Virus record (IMG/VR): IMGVR_UViG_3300042870_001240
From: a virus
Lineage: Duplodnaviria > Caudoviricetes
Reading direction: 5' to 3' (one strand)
Length of the DNA stretch: 64,000 nt
The notes under the pieces are model-generated. The model saw nothing but the letters and a program-made list of their open reading frames with translations. It did not search any database and was not told the DNA's origin. The translations under genes were made by a program, and so were the position numbers. This document shows, piece after piece, positions 46,283 to 56,101 of this stretch; the stretch's first letter is position 1; each line of letters begins with the position of its first letter.

Positions 46283-46609
46283 TTAAATCCCCTCTCTTTC
46301 TTTATACATCTTAATAATCCTGTCTCTATAATGATTTTCCAATTCATTGTGTATTTCATCATACCAAAACTCATCTTCAGGTAATGTGCTCACAAATCTC
46401 CAGTGAAATGAATCCATCATCATGGATATTGTTGTATATGTAAGTTCTAAAAAAGTTTTTGATAGAAGTTTTCTTCTTTTTATTATATCATACGCATTAT
46501 TAAAAGATTCAATAAATTCCTTTTCTATCTCATCCGCAGGAACTCTTCTTCTTATCCTTGGAGATAATTCTTCCCTTAATATTCTTCTTATGGATTCTTT
46601 TAGGTTCAT
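46283..46609 (-). CDS. MNLKESIRRILREE leader-family protein
   Basis: First 42 nt identical to those of 46611-47180. Confidence 0.75.
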   Translation of the reverse strand: MNLKESIRRILREELSPRIRRRVPADEIEKEFIESFNNAYDIIKRRKLLSKTFLELTYTTISMMMDSFHWRFVSTLPEDEFWYDEIHNELENHYRDRIIKMYKEREGI

Positions 46610-46610
46610 A

Positions 46611-47180
46611 TTATTCTTGAGTTAAATATTCGTCCATAATGTCAATAACCTCATCGGTTACATTTGGTATGTCAGATATCTCATAATCATAATTCCATAG
46701 GAAATTGTCTTCCATATCGTATATTCCATTTTCAGGTGAGTAATAAACTATGTTTAAATTAAAGTTATTAATATCATTTGATATTTCCACAAAATAATCT
46801 AATGCTTTTTCTTTACTACCATCAAAGTCATATCCTAATGTTTGTGTTACAGTACCCCAATCCCAAACACCTTCATCTAATCTTGATAAAATAAATATTT
46901 CACCTTCGGTTTCCATTCCTGTAATACCTTTCTTATTCTTCTTTGGTTTTCTTTGTATGATAACCGCGTGTTTCTTTTGATGGTAATCTTCCCATTCTCC
47001 CCTATCATCATTAATACACCACTGACATCTATGAGCATATTTTTGTAGTGCTCTGTGACTTAATGGGACGATAACAATAATGTTATTGTCTTTATATAAT
47101 TCAACTCTCTCTTCTCTTGGGACTCGAACCTCAGTTAGTTCTTCCCTTAATATTCTTCTTATGGATTCTTTTAGGTTCAT
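46611..47180 (-). CDS. MNLKESIRRILREE leader-family protein
   Basis: Leader; body contains Y....WCI. Confidence 0.75.
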   Translation of the reverse strand: MNLKESIRRILREELTEVRVPREERVELYKDNNIIVIVPLSHRALQKYAHRCQWCINDDRGEWEDYHQKKHAVIIQRKPKKNKKGITGMETEGEIFILSRLDEGVWDWGTVTQTLGYDFDGSKEKALDYFVEISNDINNFNLNIVYYSPENGIYDMEDNFLWNYDYEISDIPNVTDEVIDIMDEYLTQE

Positions 47181-48427
47181 ATCATACTTTGTTTAATCTT
47201 ATCCCCCACTTGTTGGAAGAATTCAAATAGTGACTCTTCAAGTTCATCATCAAACTCTTCATAATCATCACCGTTGTGTAAATCAAATGAATGGACGTTT
47301 AAATCTTCATCGGTATACATTGTTGCATAATATTTTTCACCGTCAATAAAGAATTCACCTGTGTGTTTAAATTCCACAGGGTCATCATCCCATTCCTCAG
47401 TTTCATCATAAATGAATTTAACATCATACCCATCAACAGTGTCATCAAATTCGTAACCTGAGTCAATACTAGCAATATCAGACACCTCGTCATCTTCAAT
47501 ATCCTGAGATTTGTTATCAAGGTATTTTCTTTCCGCACCACTTAAAGAATCAATACCATAAGTATTAATTTTATCTAAGATACGATTGGTTAATTCATCA
47601 TTCTCATTGATGATACTTATCATTGTCTTCATACCTTTTTGCGTATATCCCGCCCAATATTTTTCTGTAAGTTCACCTTCTTTTATTTCTTCTTGTTTAC
47701 CCATATGACTAAATACTTTTCTTATATCTTTGGGTAAATCGTTAATTGGTATTAGTTTTGCGTTGATTGTTTTTAATTTGTGTCTTACCGCCTTTTGTGC
47801 TCTGTGGTGTCCGTCTATAATTGATATGAATTCACCATCATTATCAACAAATATTAATATTGGGTATTGTAAGTCGGCACTATCTATTTTTATAATTTCT
47901 TCTTCATCACCATCCCAACTTAATAGGTGTGGTTTTAATTCTTCTACTGAAAATCTTTCTACAGGAATATCTTCGGTCGCGTTTAGTAAATCCATAAGGG
48001 TTACTTTGTCACCCTCATCATTTTGCCAAGATGTATCGTGTAATCCTTCTTTCATTCCTTTGGTTTTTCTTTTTGATGCTTCTTTTTTGGATTCAATATA
48101 TTCAAATGCGGTTCTTAATCTTTTCTTTACTTCAGGGTCTTTCGCTCTTTCTAACGCAACTCTTAATCTCTGATGTATAAGATTAATTATTTGTGATTGT
48201 CTAGCGTGAGACTTGGACTTAAAACTTTCTTTATTTAAAGTATCAACAATATCTTGTTTTGTTTTAAACTTTACCGACACAGTATCACTTGGATTTTCAT
48301 CTGTATATAATCTTCTATCGGAACCTTCAGGTTTTTTACCTGTCCCAACCTTTGGGTCACTTTCATTAATTACTCTTTTAACTAATGAAATAAGTTCTGA
48401 TTCTGTTAGTGTTATTATTTTTTTCAT
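47177..48427 (-). CDS. Modular leader-family protein (MKKIITLTE) with a ParB/Srx-like module
   Basis: YPILI...IIDGHHR; modules separated by (M/I/L)xE sites. Confidence 0.75.
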   Translation of the reverse strand: MKKIITLTESELISLVKRVINESDPKVGTGKKPEGSDRRLYTDENPSDTVSVKFKTKQDIVDTLNKESFKSKSHARQSQIINLIHQRLRVALERAKDPEVKKRLRTAFEYIESKKEASKRKTKGMKEGLHDTSWQNDEGDKVTLMDLLNATEDIPVERFSVEELKPHLLSWDGDEEEIIKIDSADLQYPILIFVDNDGEFISIIDGHHRAQKAVRHKLKTINAKLIPINDLPKDIRKVFSHMGKQEEIKEGELTEKYWAGYTQKGMKTMISIINENDELTNRILDKINTYGIDSLSGAERKYLDNKSQDIEDDEVSDIASIDSGYEFDDTVDGYDVKFIYDETEEWDDDPVEFKHTGEFFIDGEKYYATMYTDEDLNVHSFDLHNGDDYEEFDDELEESLFEFFQQVGDKIKQSMI

Positions 48428-48428
48428 A

Positions 48429-48983
48429 TTACCTAATTATGTAAGCCTTCATTTTTATTGGATTAAAGTTATTTAACTCAAATGCTGCATATGTTCTATG
48501 ATTTCCACCAACTATATCTTCAATCTTTCCTTCACTATTATATTTCAATATTATTGGCTCATTAATTCCTTTACCTAAGTTTGGCGAATTTTCCATTGTT
48601 TTCAGTAATCTTTCTCTTGAATCAGGAAAGTTTGGGTTTTCTCCTGACATTTTATTTTTTAAAAATCTTTGTAATGGTTCCACTAAATTATCCCATTTTA
48701 TTTCTATAACTCTTGGTTTATCTTTTTTTTCAAAATCACCATATCTTTCAAAAAATTTTTTACCATCTCCATTATGAAAATAATTTATTATTTCATCTTT
48801 TGACATCCCCTGAATATCTTTGTAATCTAAATCACCGGTTTCTCTAAACATATCATTAATCACATAATCAGGGAAGTTAGTAAAGACATTATTCTTTAAA
48901 AACCTTTTATAACCTTTGAATCTATCTTCATTGATTACACCCATCATTGATTGTATTCTATTTATCTGTTCTGATAGGTTCAT
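48429..48983 (-). CDS. MNL.E.I.RI..MM leader protein with a ParB/Srx-like motif
   Basis: EPIIL...IVGGNHR. Confidence 0.7.
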   Translation of the reverse strand: MNLSEQINRIQSMMGVINEDRFKGYKRFLKNNVFTNFPDYVINDMFRETGDLDYKDIQGMSKDEIINYFHNGDGKKFFERYGDFEKKDKPRVIEIKWDNLVEPLQRFLKNKMSGENPNFPDSRERLLKTMENSPNLGKGINEPIILKYNSEGKIEDIVGGNHRTYAAFELNNFNPIKMKAYIIR

Positions 48984-48985
48984 AC

Positions 48986-49390
48986 TTATCTGTTATATGG
49001 TCTAAACCTTGCTGGGTTTGCTTTTATTGCCGACTTTGGGAATCTTAATCCAACCCCCTGTTGTCTTGCGTTTTTTAATGTTCTCGCATATTCAGTTAAT
49101 TCCTCATTTCCCATATCATCAATAGCCTTTACAAATTTATGACATTTTTCAGACACACCACCCTTTTCGTGGTCGGTTATTGATATCTTTACTTTGTTGT
49201 AATTTATTTCAATATCGGGATGATGGTTTTGTTGTTCAGCAATTTTTGCAACTTTATTAACGAAGTCAATTGATTCATTAAAATCTTTAAATTTAAAAGT
49301 TCTTTCTAATTTTTGTTTTGAATCTCCCCAACCTTTGGATTCATTAACCGTTTCCCTTAATGCTTTTCTTATGTGTTCTTGTAGGTTCAT
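48986..49390 (-). CDS. Leader-fused pterin-4a-carbinolamine dehydratase (PCD)
   Basis: LERTFKFKDF.E..DFV.KVA.IAE..NHHPDI....KV. Confidence 0.85.
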   Translation of the reverse strand: MNLQEHIRKALRETVNESKGWGDSKQKLERTFKFKDFNESIDFVNKVAKIAEQQNHHPDIEINYNKVKISITDHEKGGVSEKCHKFVKAIDDMGNEELTEYARTLKNARQQGVGLRFPKSAIKANPARFRPYNR

Positions 49391-49392
49391 AA

Positions 49393-50166
49393 CTATTTTA
49401 TTTCAGGAAGTTTAGTGTCTTTAATAAATTTACTATGTGATGCTTTATATGATTTTTGTGTCTCATCGTTAGAATCTTTAGTATATTGCCAGTTCCAATA
49501 TAAACTATCGTTTGGTTTGAATCCGTAGAATTCGTGCACTTCTTTTTGTGTTTTAGTAACATTCTCACCATTCCAATTCTGTCCAACACAAATGAACCCT
49601 GTTTCAATATCTTTGATAATGTTAGACTCTCCTAACGTTGTGTGTCTGTTTTCCAACCAATTTAATCTTTCAATTAAATTTTGGTAATACATATTTGTCT
49701 GTCCCCATCTTATTGAACTAAAGAATATTACCGCATCAGATTCAAATAACTCTTTTGATATCTTCCATAATTCATCTGATGGTTCATTGATATTAACCCA
49801 ACATCTGTGGTTTCCTGATGGGTTCTTTTTTTTGTCTTTAAGGATTGCTTTTAATAACCCACAACTGTTCCCATCCTTTCTTGATACATTACCCTCACAA
49901 GGTAATATCTTAAGTTCTGGAACGTCAATTAAAACTGATTTATCTCCCAATTCATCATTGAGATACATGGCTATCATCTTGGACTTTGGTATGTCTATAT
50001 TGTCCTCATCAAAGTTATATCTGTTGGAACAACTTAATAGTAATACTTTCTTTTTTTTCTTAAGAATATCTAATGTTTGTTTGATTGACTTCCATGCGTC
50101 CGACTGAACCATTTCCTCGGAAATCATCATCTCTCTTATCCTTTGTATATTTTCTTGTAGGTTCAT
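49393..50166 (-). CDS. Leader-fused flavodoxin-like / NADPH-dependent FMN reductase-family protein
   Basis: LLSCSNR, ILPCEG, DELWKI..EL..SDAVIFFSSIRWG...L.ERL. Confidence 0.75.
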   Translation of the reverse strand: MNLQENIQRIREMMISEEMVQSDAWKSIKQTLDILKKKKKVLLLSCSNRYNFDEDNIDIPKSKMIAMYLNDELGDKSVLIDVPELKILPCEGNVSRKDGNSCGLLKAILKDKKKNPSGNHRCWVNINEPSDELWKISKELFESDAVIFFSSIRWGQTNMYYQNLIERLNWLENRHTTLGESNIIKDIETGFICVGQNWNGENVTKTQKEVHEFYGFKPNDSLYWNWQYTKDSNDETQKSYKASHSKFIKDTKLPEIK

Positions 50167-50168
50167 AA

Positions 50169-50534
50169 TTAACTGGTTATTTGTTGTATACTTTTAGGTT
50201 TTCTACCAAATCTATATTCACAATATTCTCTCAGTAATTCAAACCAAGTTGATTGGTATTCAAATTCGTCAAAAGGTAATAATTTTTCAAGTGGTTCATA
50301 TACTAAATCAAAATCGTAGTATAATGTATCTGTTCTCCAATGATATTTAAAAATAATTTTTGCGTTTTTTTTATCAGTAAATACCAATGTGGAACCCATA
50401 TGTTCATCTACATGTTGATTAGGATATTCTTTTTCTAAAACTTTATCAATAACTTTTAATTTTCTAATATCGTCAATTTCTTCAGTTAAACCCATCATTG
50501 ATTGTATCCTTTGTATGTTTTCATTTAGATTCAT
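50169..50534 (-). CDS. MNLNENIQRIQSMM leader-family protein
   Basis: Leader plus TATTTAT. Confidence 0.75.
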   Translation of the reverse strand: MNLNENIQRIQSMMGLTEEIDDIRKLKVIDKVLEKEYPNQHVDEHMGSTLVFTDKKNAKIIFKYHWRTDTLYYDFDLVYEPLEKLLPFDEFEYQSTWFELLREYCEYRFGRKPKSIQQITS

Positions 50535-50582
50535 AATAATAAATACTCCATATTTATGATTAATTCTCTATATTTATCTAAT

Positions 50583-51020
50583 ATGAAATATCTTATTACC
50601 GAAAATAAAATGAATAGTGTTATGGAAAAGTTCCTTAACGATGAGTTTGAAGGGTTCTCTGATATCCATTACACTTGGGCCAACTTTAATTGTGGTATGG
50701 GAGAATGTTGTGATATGTATGCCATTGGATTTGTTTTACCTAAAGCTAATTATGATGAATATATATTTAAACTTGTTGATAGTGAGAACTATAGACCCTT
50801 CGGTAAATATGAAGACTATCCTGATGAATTACCTGAACCTTGTTATGAACATCCCGATATTAATGACCCCAAGTTTGATACAATCCTTATCAGTGATGAA
50901 ATGTATGAAAGGATGGAAAACTACTTCAGTTTTTTTGAAGATTGGGAGAATGAACTATTACGTGTTCTGAATCATATGTTCTTTATGAATGCAAAAAGAA
51001 TTAAATTACCATATTTATAA
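50583..51020 (+). CDS. MKYLITE leader-family protein
   Basis: Leader plus TATTTAT. Confidence 0.75.
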   Translation: MKYLITENKMNSVMEKFLNDEFEGFSDIHYTWANFNCGMGECCDMYAIGFVLPKANYDEYIFKLVDSENYRPFGKYEDYPDELPEPCYEHPDINDPKFDTILISDEMYERMENYFSFFEDWENELLRVLNHMFFMNAKRIKLPYL

Positions 51021-51022
51021 TT

Positions 51023-51889
51023 ATGAAATACATTATTACCGAATCACATTTCAAACACTATGTTAGTGTCATCACCGAACAAGAAGATGATGATGATGAT
51101 GAATACGATAAACTCGAATCGTATTCTGATGAAGATTTTATTGAGGTGTTTTTTAATTATTTCAGACCTTGGATAAAATCCAATCACGGTGATGAGATTA
51201 GTCAATATCCATTATCACTTCTGTTAAAGAAATACTACCAAGAGTTTTGTAAATATTCAGGTGTTGATATTGATGATGATGATGAATTTCGTTATTACAG
51301 TGATTTAATAAAAATCGGTAAAGCTCTTATTAAAAAAGAACAACATAAATTACCAACATTACGTCCTGTATCTAAGTTCACCGAAAAACATTCAAAACAA
51401 ATTCAGTCTCTTTTAAAGCTTCTTAAAATGCCGGAATGGTTAACCGTTTCATTTGAGGAATATTCTCCATATAAAGTTTATATGACGTTTAATATTGATT
51501 TCCCTTCTATGATGAAAATTGGTGGTGGTGAACAAAACATTTCCACATATTTTTATGAGTTTACAGAACAGTTAGAGAATTATATGGGGATTAAGGTGGG
51601 TTCTCCATCTCATGGTGACCTTGATATCAATAACACCATATCATTAAACGGTGTTGATGAGTTTAATAAACCTAAATTTCAGAAGGAACTTAAAACCCAA
51701 ATCAAATCTTTACTTACGGGTCATAAAGATATTCACACCATTAAACTTAAGTTTACAGATAAAGGAATATCACTAGATATAGGTTTTGCAAGAAACGTTA
51801 TGTTCTCCGAGAAACAACTGTATAAAAAAGCAATTATAGATTTGTTATCTACCAAGTATAGTGAAGATAAAATTAGAATTTTTTTCTAA
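51023..51889 (+). CDS. MKYIITE leader-family protein
   Basis: Leader plus TATTTAT at 51012; second ITEQ site. Confidence 0.75.
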   Translation: MKYIITESHFKHYVSVITEQEDDDDDEYDKLESYSDEDFIEVFFNYFRPWIKSNHGDEISQYPLSLLLKKYYQEFCKYSGVDIDDDDEFRYYSDLIKIGKALIKKEQHKLPTLRPVSKFTEKHSKQIQSLLKLLKMPEWLTVSFEEYSPYKVYMTFNIDFPSMMKIGGGEQNISTYFYEFTEQLENYMGIKVGSPSHGDLDINNTISLNGVDEFNKPKFQKELKTQIKSLLTGHKDIHTIKLKFTDKGISLDIGFARNVMFSEKQLYKKAIIDLLSTKYSEDKIRIFF

Positions 51890-51920
51890 TTATAACGATG
51901 TTGGAAAAAGAGACTAATAG

Positions 51921-51955
51921 AAATGAGGGTGTAAATGAGGGTGTAAATGAGGGTG
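51921..51955. repeat. Intergenic 12-bp tandem repeat AAATGAGGGTGT x3
   Basis: Units at 51921, 51933 and 51945. Confidence 0.9.
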
Positions 51956-52030
51956 ATAGACCACTTCAAACCGTTATTCGTTCCATTTAATGTAATTTTT
52001 AATCACTTATTCGTTCTTAAAAATGTAAAA

Positions 52031-52531
52031 TTAAAACGTTTCTATTAAATTTAAAACAATTCTTAGAATATCATCTATTGTTTTTTCAGTTAAATCTTCA
52101 TATCTAACAGGAAATTCTCCGAGAAGACTTTCGTTTTCATGTCCACCCCATCTATCAACTACAACATAGTTAATACCCAGATAAACTATTTCTTGGTATT
52201 CCGTATTCATTTCTCTGTAAGGAATTGGTTCTTCATCAAAATCGTATAAACTACTACCTCCTATACGTTTAAGACAATCTTTGATGGTTTTAATCTTTAA
52301 ACTATTCTGTATTTGATAATCACCTAATAACTTAATCAAATTATCATATCCATCAACAAGTTTTGACGTAGTTTCAATTCCGTTTCGGTCAAGAACTTTT
52401 ATTATGTCTTCTTTGAAACCCTCGTTGATTGTTTCTTCTTGTAAATTTATGAAATTATCATCACTTAATTTATCGGCAGTAACTAAACCCATTATCTTTT
52501 GTATTCTATGTATGTCTTCTTGTAGGTTCAT
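52031..52531 (-). CDS. MNLQEDIHRIQKIM leader-family protein
   Basis: Leader motif. Confidence 0.75.
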   Translation of the reverse strand: MNLQEDIHRIQKIMGLVTADKLSDDNFINLQEETINEGFKEDIIKVLDRNGIETTSKLVDGYDNLIKLLGDYQIQNSLKIKTIKDCLKRIGGSSLYDFDEEPIPYREMNTEYQEIVYLGINYVVVDRWGGHENESLLGEFPVRYEDLTEKTIDDILRIVLNLIETF

Positions 52532-52584
52532 ATTATTGAATATATAATAATAAATATTATAATAATCATTATATTTATTATCAT

Positions 52585-52893
52585 ATGGAATATAATATTA
52601 CACCAGAACAATTAGACCGATTAATTAAACCTTATTTTGATAAAGAATTTAAACACGCTAAGTGGAGTGAATATTATTTTTCAGATGGTGGAGGACTATG
52701 GTATGGGTTTATAAATCAGGATAACGTTATGTTAGTTGGTCACCCATCTAATGACAATGATTTTTACTTTACAAATGGTCAATATTTTCATGATATGTGG
52801 TACTTATTTAGTGTTAGACATCAAGAATTTAATGAGTCTATGGGTAGATACATTAAAAAGAAATATGGTTGTAAATTTGAAAGAATTATGTAA
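52585..52893 (+). CDS. MEYNITPE leader-like protein
   Basis: TATTTAT upstream. Confidence 0.7.
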   Translation: MEYNITPEQLDRLIKPYFDKEFKHAKWSEYYFSDGGGLWYGFINQDNVMLVGHPSNDNDFYFTNGQYFHDMWYLFSVRHQEFNESMGRYIKKKYGCKFERIM

Positions 52894-52899
52894 GTGTTG

Positions 52900-53580
52900 T
52901 TATTTTATTGATTCTATTAAAACCCCATTTTGAATGATGTCTTTTGGGAAAAAATCACGCTTTGACAATTCGGTATATTTCACCCCATTTTGAATGGTAT
53001 CTTCAACAAAGGAGTCGTTCAAAAAATTATAGATATTGGCGTGTTTCACCCCAATTTGAATGGTATTTTCAACGACAACGTTTGTAATGAACTCTACTCC
53101 TGTGGTGTTCTTCACACCATTTTGAATGGTATTTTCAACCTCTCTATCAAAATCTTCCGACCAATTATACTCATTAGGAATTTCATTTGTCCACGTATTT
53201 TTAATACCATCTTCAATAACTCTCCCAACAATAGGAATATTACCACCAATAACCCCTTCGGTTTCTTTTATACCGTTTTCAATAATACTAATAACCCCTT
53301 CTTCAAAAACAAACTTATTACCACTAATCGATAGTGGTTTATTCAAAATATTCTTAGTAAACCAATCAGTAATATATTCACTATTCTCAGTCACATTCAA
53401 TGACACAAAATTAAAAACATTATTAAATAATGAGTAATTATACCATAAGACATTCTCTTTAGTATATTCAAAAACCCATCTTTTTTCTTCGGTAAAAATA
53501 AACCACATTGACCCATTGTGATTGTAAATGTCAACACCTTTTAATTCTTTGTTTATTAATTGATTTATTGCTCGTTTCAT
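52900..53580 (-). CDS. Repeat-array protein D: divergent paralog with VENTIQNGVKxT + 10 aa units
   Basis: N-terminal domain aligns with proteins A-C; units start at 53139, 53073 and 53007 (period 66). Confidence 0.8.
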   Translation of the reverse strand: MKRAINQLINKELKGVDIYNHNGSMWFIFTEEKRWVFEYTKENVLWYNYSLFNNVFNFVSLNVTENSEYITDWFTKNILNKPLSISGNKFVFEEGVISIIENGIKETEGVIGGNIPIVGRVIEDGIKNTWTNEIPNEYNWSEDFDREVENTIQNGVKNTTGVEFITNVVVENTIQIGVKHANIYNFLNDSFVEDTIQNGVKYTELSKRDFFPKDIIQNGVLIESIK

Positions 53581-53581
53581 T

Positions 53582-54292
53582 TTAGATTTTTCCTATTTTA
53601 ATCACATTATTTTCTATAATCAAATACTCATCAGTTGTTCCTAAACAATCAATGAGGATTAAATTATCATCATTTAATACCGTCACTTCTTTAACCTGAG
53701 TGTGCCCAACAACACAAACAATTCCATCTACCATATCCTTCACCAAAGACTGTGGTCTAACCCATATAGGAGGTTGTGTAACATCGTTTCCACCAAAACT
53801 TAAGTTACCACCCATTGTGAATCTAAACTTCGTTATATCGGTTTTAAATAGGTCATTCACAGACCCCTGTAAATTATTATTATCTATACCACAATTCTTA
53901 CACCATGTTTTAGTTAAACCAGCATGACTGAAAAAATACTTATCATCTTGATAACACATCTGTAACAATCCTTCATCAACAACAGGTTGTAAGACACGAT
54001 TAATATTTTTGGCATAACCAAATTGGTATGAAGAGTAATGTTCATTAACACCTTTCAAATAATGGAAATCATGATTACCAACCAAAAGTATTACCTTATC
54101 AGGATTGGCCTTTTTGAACTCAACTATCTCTTTGAAGTTCTTAATCTGTCTGTTTGCACTGTATCCACCATTTTTATCATCAAAATAATCCCCAATAAAA
54201 ACCCATTTTGTAACTTGTGGATTTTTAATTATTTCTTTCCACTTACTTCTTCCGTGTGTATCACCAATGACCCCTATTATTTCTTTTTTCAT
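53582..54292 (-). CDS. Calcineurin-like metallophosphoesterase
   Basis: GDTHG, GDYFD, GNHD, SHAG, GHT; TATATTTG promoter. Confidence 0.9.
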   Translation of the reverse strand: MKKEIIGVIGDTHGRSKWKEIIKNPQVTKWVFIGDYFDDKNGGYSANRQIKNFKEIVEFKKANPDKVILLVGNHDFHYLKGVNEHYSSYQFGYAKNINRVLQPVVDEGLLQMCYQDDKYFFSHAGLTKTWCKNCGIDNNNLQGSVNDLFKTDITKFRFTMGGNLSFGGNDVTQPPIWVRPQSLVKDMVDGIVCVVGHTQVKEVTVLNDDNLILIDCLGTTDEYLIIENNVIKIGKI

Positions 54293-54341
54293 ATGACAAA
54301 TATAATATTTTTTTTTTAAAAAAAACAATATTTATTATCAT

Positions 54342-54620
54342 ATGGTCTACGAAGTAAAAAAAGGTCAAATCGATAAACTCATGAACAAGATTGAGTCCTA
54401 CGTTAATAAAGTTAATCCTGATAAACGCATTTGTTATGTTCGTTTGGAATACAATGAAATTCATGACAATATTCACTGTAATATCTTTTGGGATAGAATG
54501 ACGGCCGTTAGGATGCTTTCGAGTCAAATGCGAGATTCTAACTTAAGTATTAAAGATTTAATTAATTCATTAATAGGGTTTAACGTTGATTTATATGTTC
54601 ACTACGACAATTGTAGATAA
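54342..54620 (+). CDS. Hypothetical protein
   Basis: TATTTAT upstream. Confidence 0.7.
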   Translation: MVYEVKKGQIDKLMNKIESYVNKVNPDKRICYVRLEYNEIHDNIHCNIFWDRMTAVRMLSSQMRDSNLSIKDLINSLIGFNVDLYVHYDNCR

Positions 54621-54628
54621 TTAAAATT

Positions 54629-54967
54629 ATGAAATACATAATTACAGAAAATAAGTTAGATAATGTTGTTGATAAATTTATAACCAATAAATTTAATAAA
54701 TTATCAACATTTAAAAGTAAAATATTTCCTGTTGGATTATTTTATATTGACAATCATGGTAATATTATTGCTGAAGTAATTTTTCCTCCTCACGGAAGAG
54801 GTGTAATAATTGATTGGGAATTATGGAAAGAAGTGTCAGATTTTTTTGGGTTTGAGACAATTAAGGAACAACAAGAATCAATGTCTAAATGGGCCGACCA
54901 ATACTTTGGTTTTAAAGACTCATTAATTGATTATAGAGATTTTGTTGAAACAATTGAAGATTTATAA
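54629..54967 (+). CDS. MKYIITE leader-family protein
   Basis: Leader motif. Confidence 0.75.
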   Translation: MKYIITENKLDNVVDKFITNKFNKLSTFKSKIFPVGLFYIDNHGNIIAEVIFPPHGRGVIIDWELWKEVSDFFGFETIKEQQESMSKWADQYFGFKDSLIDYRDFVETIEDL

Positions 54968-54974
54968 ACCGAAT

Positions 54975-55340
54975 CTATTTATATTTTTCTTTTAGGATAA
55001 CATATTCCATTGTCTCCGAATTAATCTCATCAACAAGTTTTTCATATTTTTCTCTTTGAGTTTCTGTTAAAGTTTCAGACATTTCATAACCACCATCTAT
55101 CTTTGTATAAACGGTTTTTGTTTGTTTTAACTTCGTAATTATTTTAATGTGTCTTTGACTTAGATACTTGAGGTTCATATCGATACACCATCTTATATCA
55201 TCCATATTACTTTCTGAAATAGATTCTTCAATACCATTCCATTTAATAATTTTGTTATTGATAAAGTCTACCGTTAATCCGTATTGTCTCCCTTTAACTT
55301 TATCATCTTCAAACCATTCAATTTCATTCATACTACCCAT
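54975..55340 (-). CDS. Hypothetical protein
   Basis: ORF track. Confidence 0.65.
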   Translation of the reverse strand: MGSMNEIEWFEDDKVKGRQYGLTVDFINNKIIKWNGIEESISESNMDDIRWCIDMNLKYLSQRHIKIITKLKQTKTVYTKIDGGYEMSETLTETQREKYEKLVDEINSETMEYVILKEKYK

Positions 55341-55461
55341 ATAATTGTTATTACCTTAATTATAGGTGTTTACTCATGTTTTATCAACAAATATTTTTTA
55401 AAGTCTCATGTAAAAATTGTATATCCACCCATAATTAAAAAAAAACAATATATTTATCATT

Positions 55462-55800
55462 ATGGAATATATTATCACAGAGTCTAAAATTCATGACGTA
55501 TTAAATGAACTTATTGAAAAGAGGTTTAAAGGAATGGTTTTTAGAAAAATGCTATCTGGCTCTTTGCTTGGATTTCTACCTGAAAATATTGGGTCTGATG
55601 ATTGGTTGGAAGATTTTACTTTGGAATATGAAGACGAACAAGTTACCAATTCAAATAGAAAAGTTTTATGGGTATATACTGACGACTACGATTATTTTTT
55701 AAGTATGGTACCAGTATCGGAAAAAGAAGTCAATGATTCAATTAAAAAATGGTTTTGGTCAAAAACAAAATTAAAAGCAGATTTAGTATACGTTCAATAA
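55462..55800 (+). CDS. MEYIITE leader-family protein
   Basis: Leader plus TATTTAT at 55451. Confidence 0.75.
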   Translation: MEYIITESKIHDVLNELIEKRFKGMVFRKMLSGSLLGFLPENIGSDDWLEDFTLEYEDEQVTNSNRKVLWVYTDDYDYFLSMVPVSEKEVNDSIKKWFWSKTKLKADLVYVQ

Positions 55801-55801
55801 T

Positions 55802-56098
55802 ATGAAATACATTATAAGTGAAAGTCGGTATAATAAAATGGTTTCTGATTACTTGGACGGTATCAAGTACACTGAATATATTGATGATAGAGAAATATTT
55901 TTAGGAACTCCTAATAGCGAATCGGGAGAATATTTGTATGAGAAAGATTCGGGAGAATTACTTATTAATCCTGACATTGTAGACATGTTAACTAAAATTT
56001 TTAGTATGGACGACTTTAAGGCGTATGATGCAATTGAAAATTGGTTCAATGAAAAATATAATGTTCATATTGAAAGTTCTCGTCCTTGGGATTGGTAA
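55802..56098 (+). CDS. MKYIISE leader-family protein
   Basis: Leader motif. Confidence 0.75.
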   Translation: MKYIISESRYNKMVSDYLDGIKYTEYIDDREIFLGTPNSESGEYLYEKDSGELLINPDIVDMLTKIFSMDDFKAYDAIENWFNEKYNVHIESSRPWDW

Positions 56099-56101
56099 TT
56101 A

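Noticed and set aside
51085-51105. (GAT)n microsatellite
   Set aside because: It simply encodes a poly-Asp linker after an ITEQ site.
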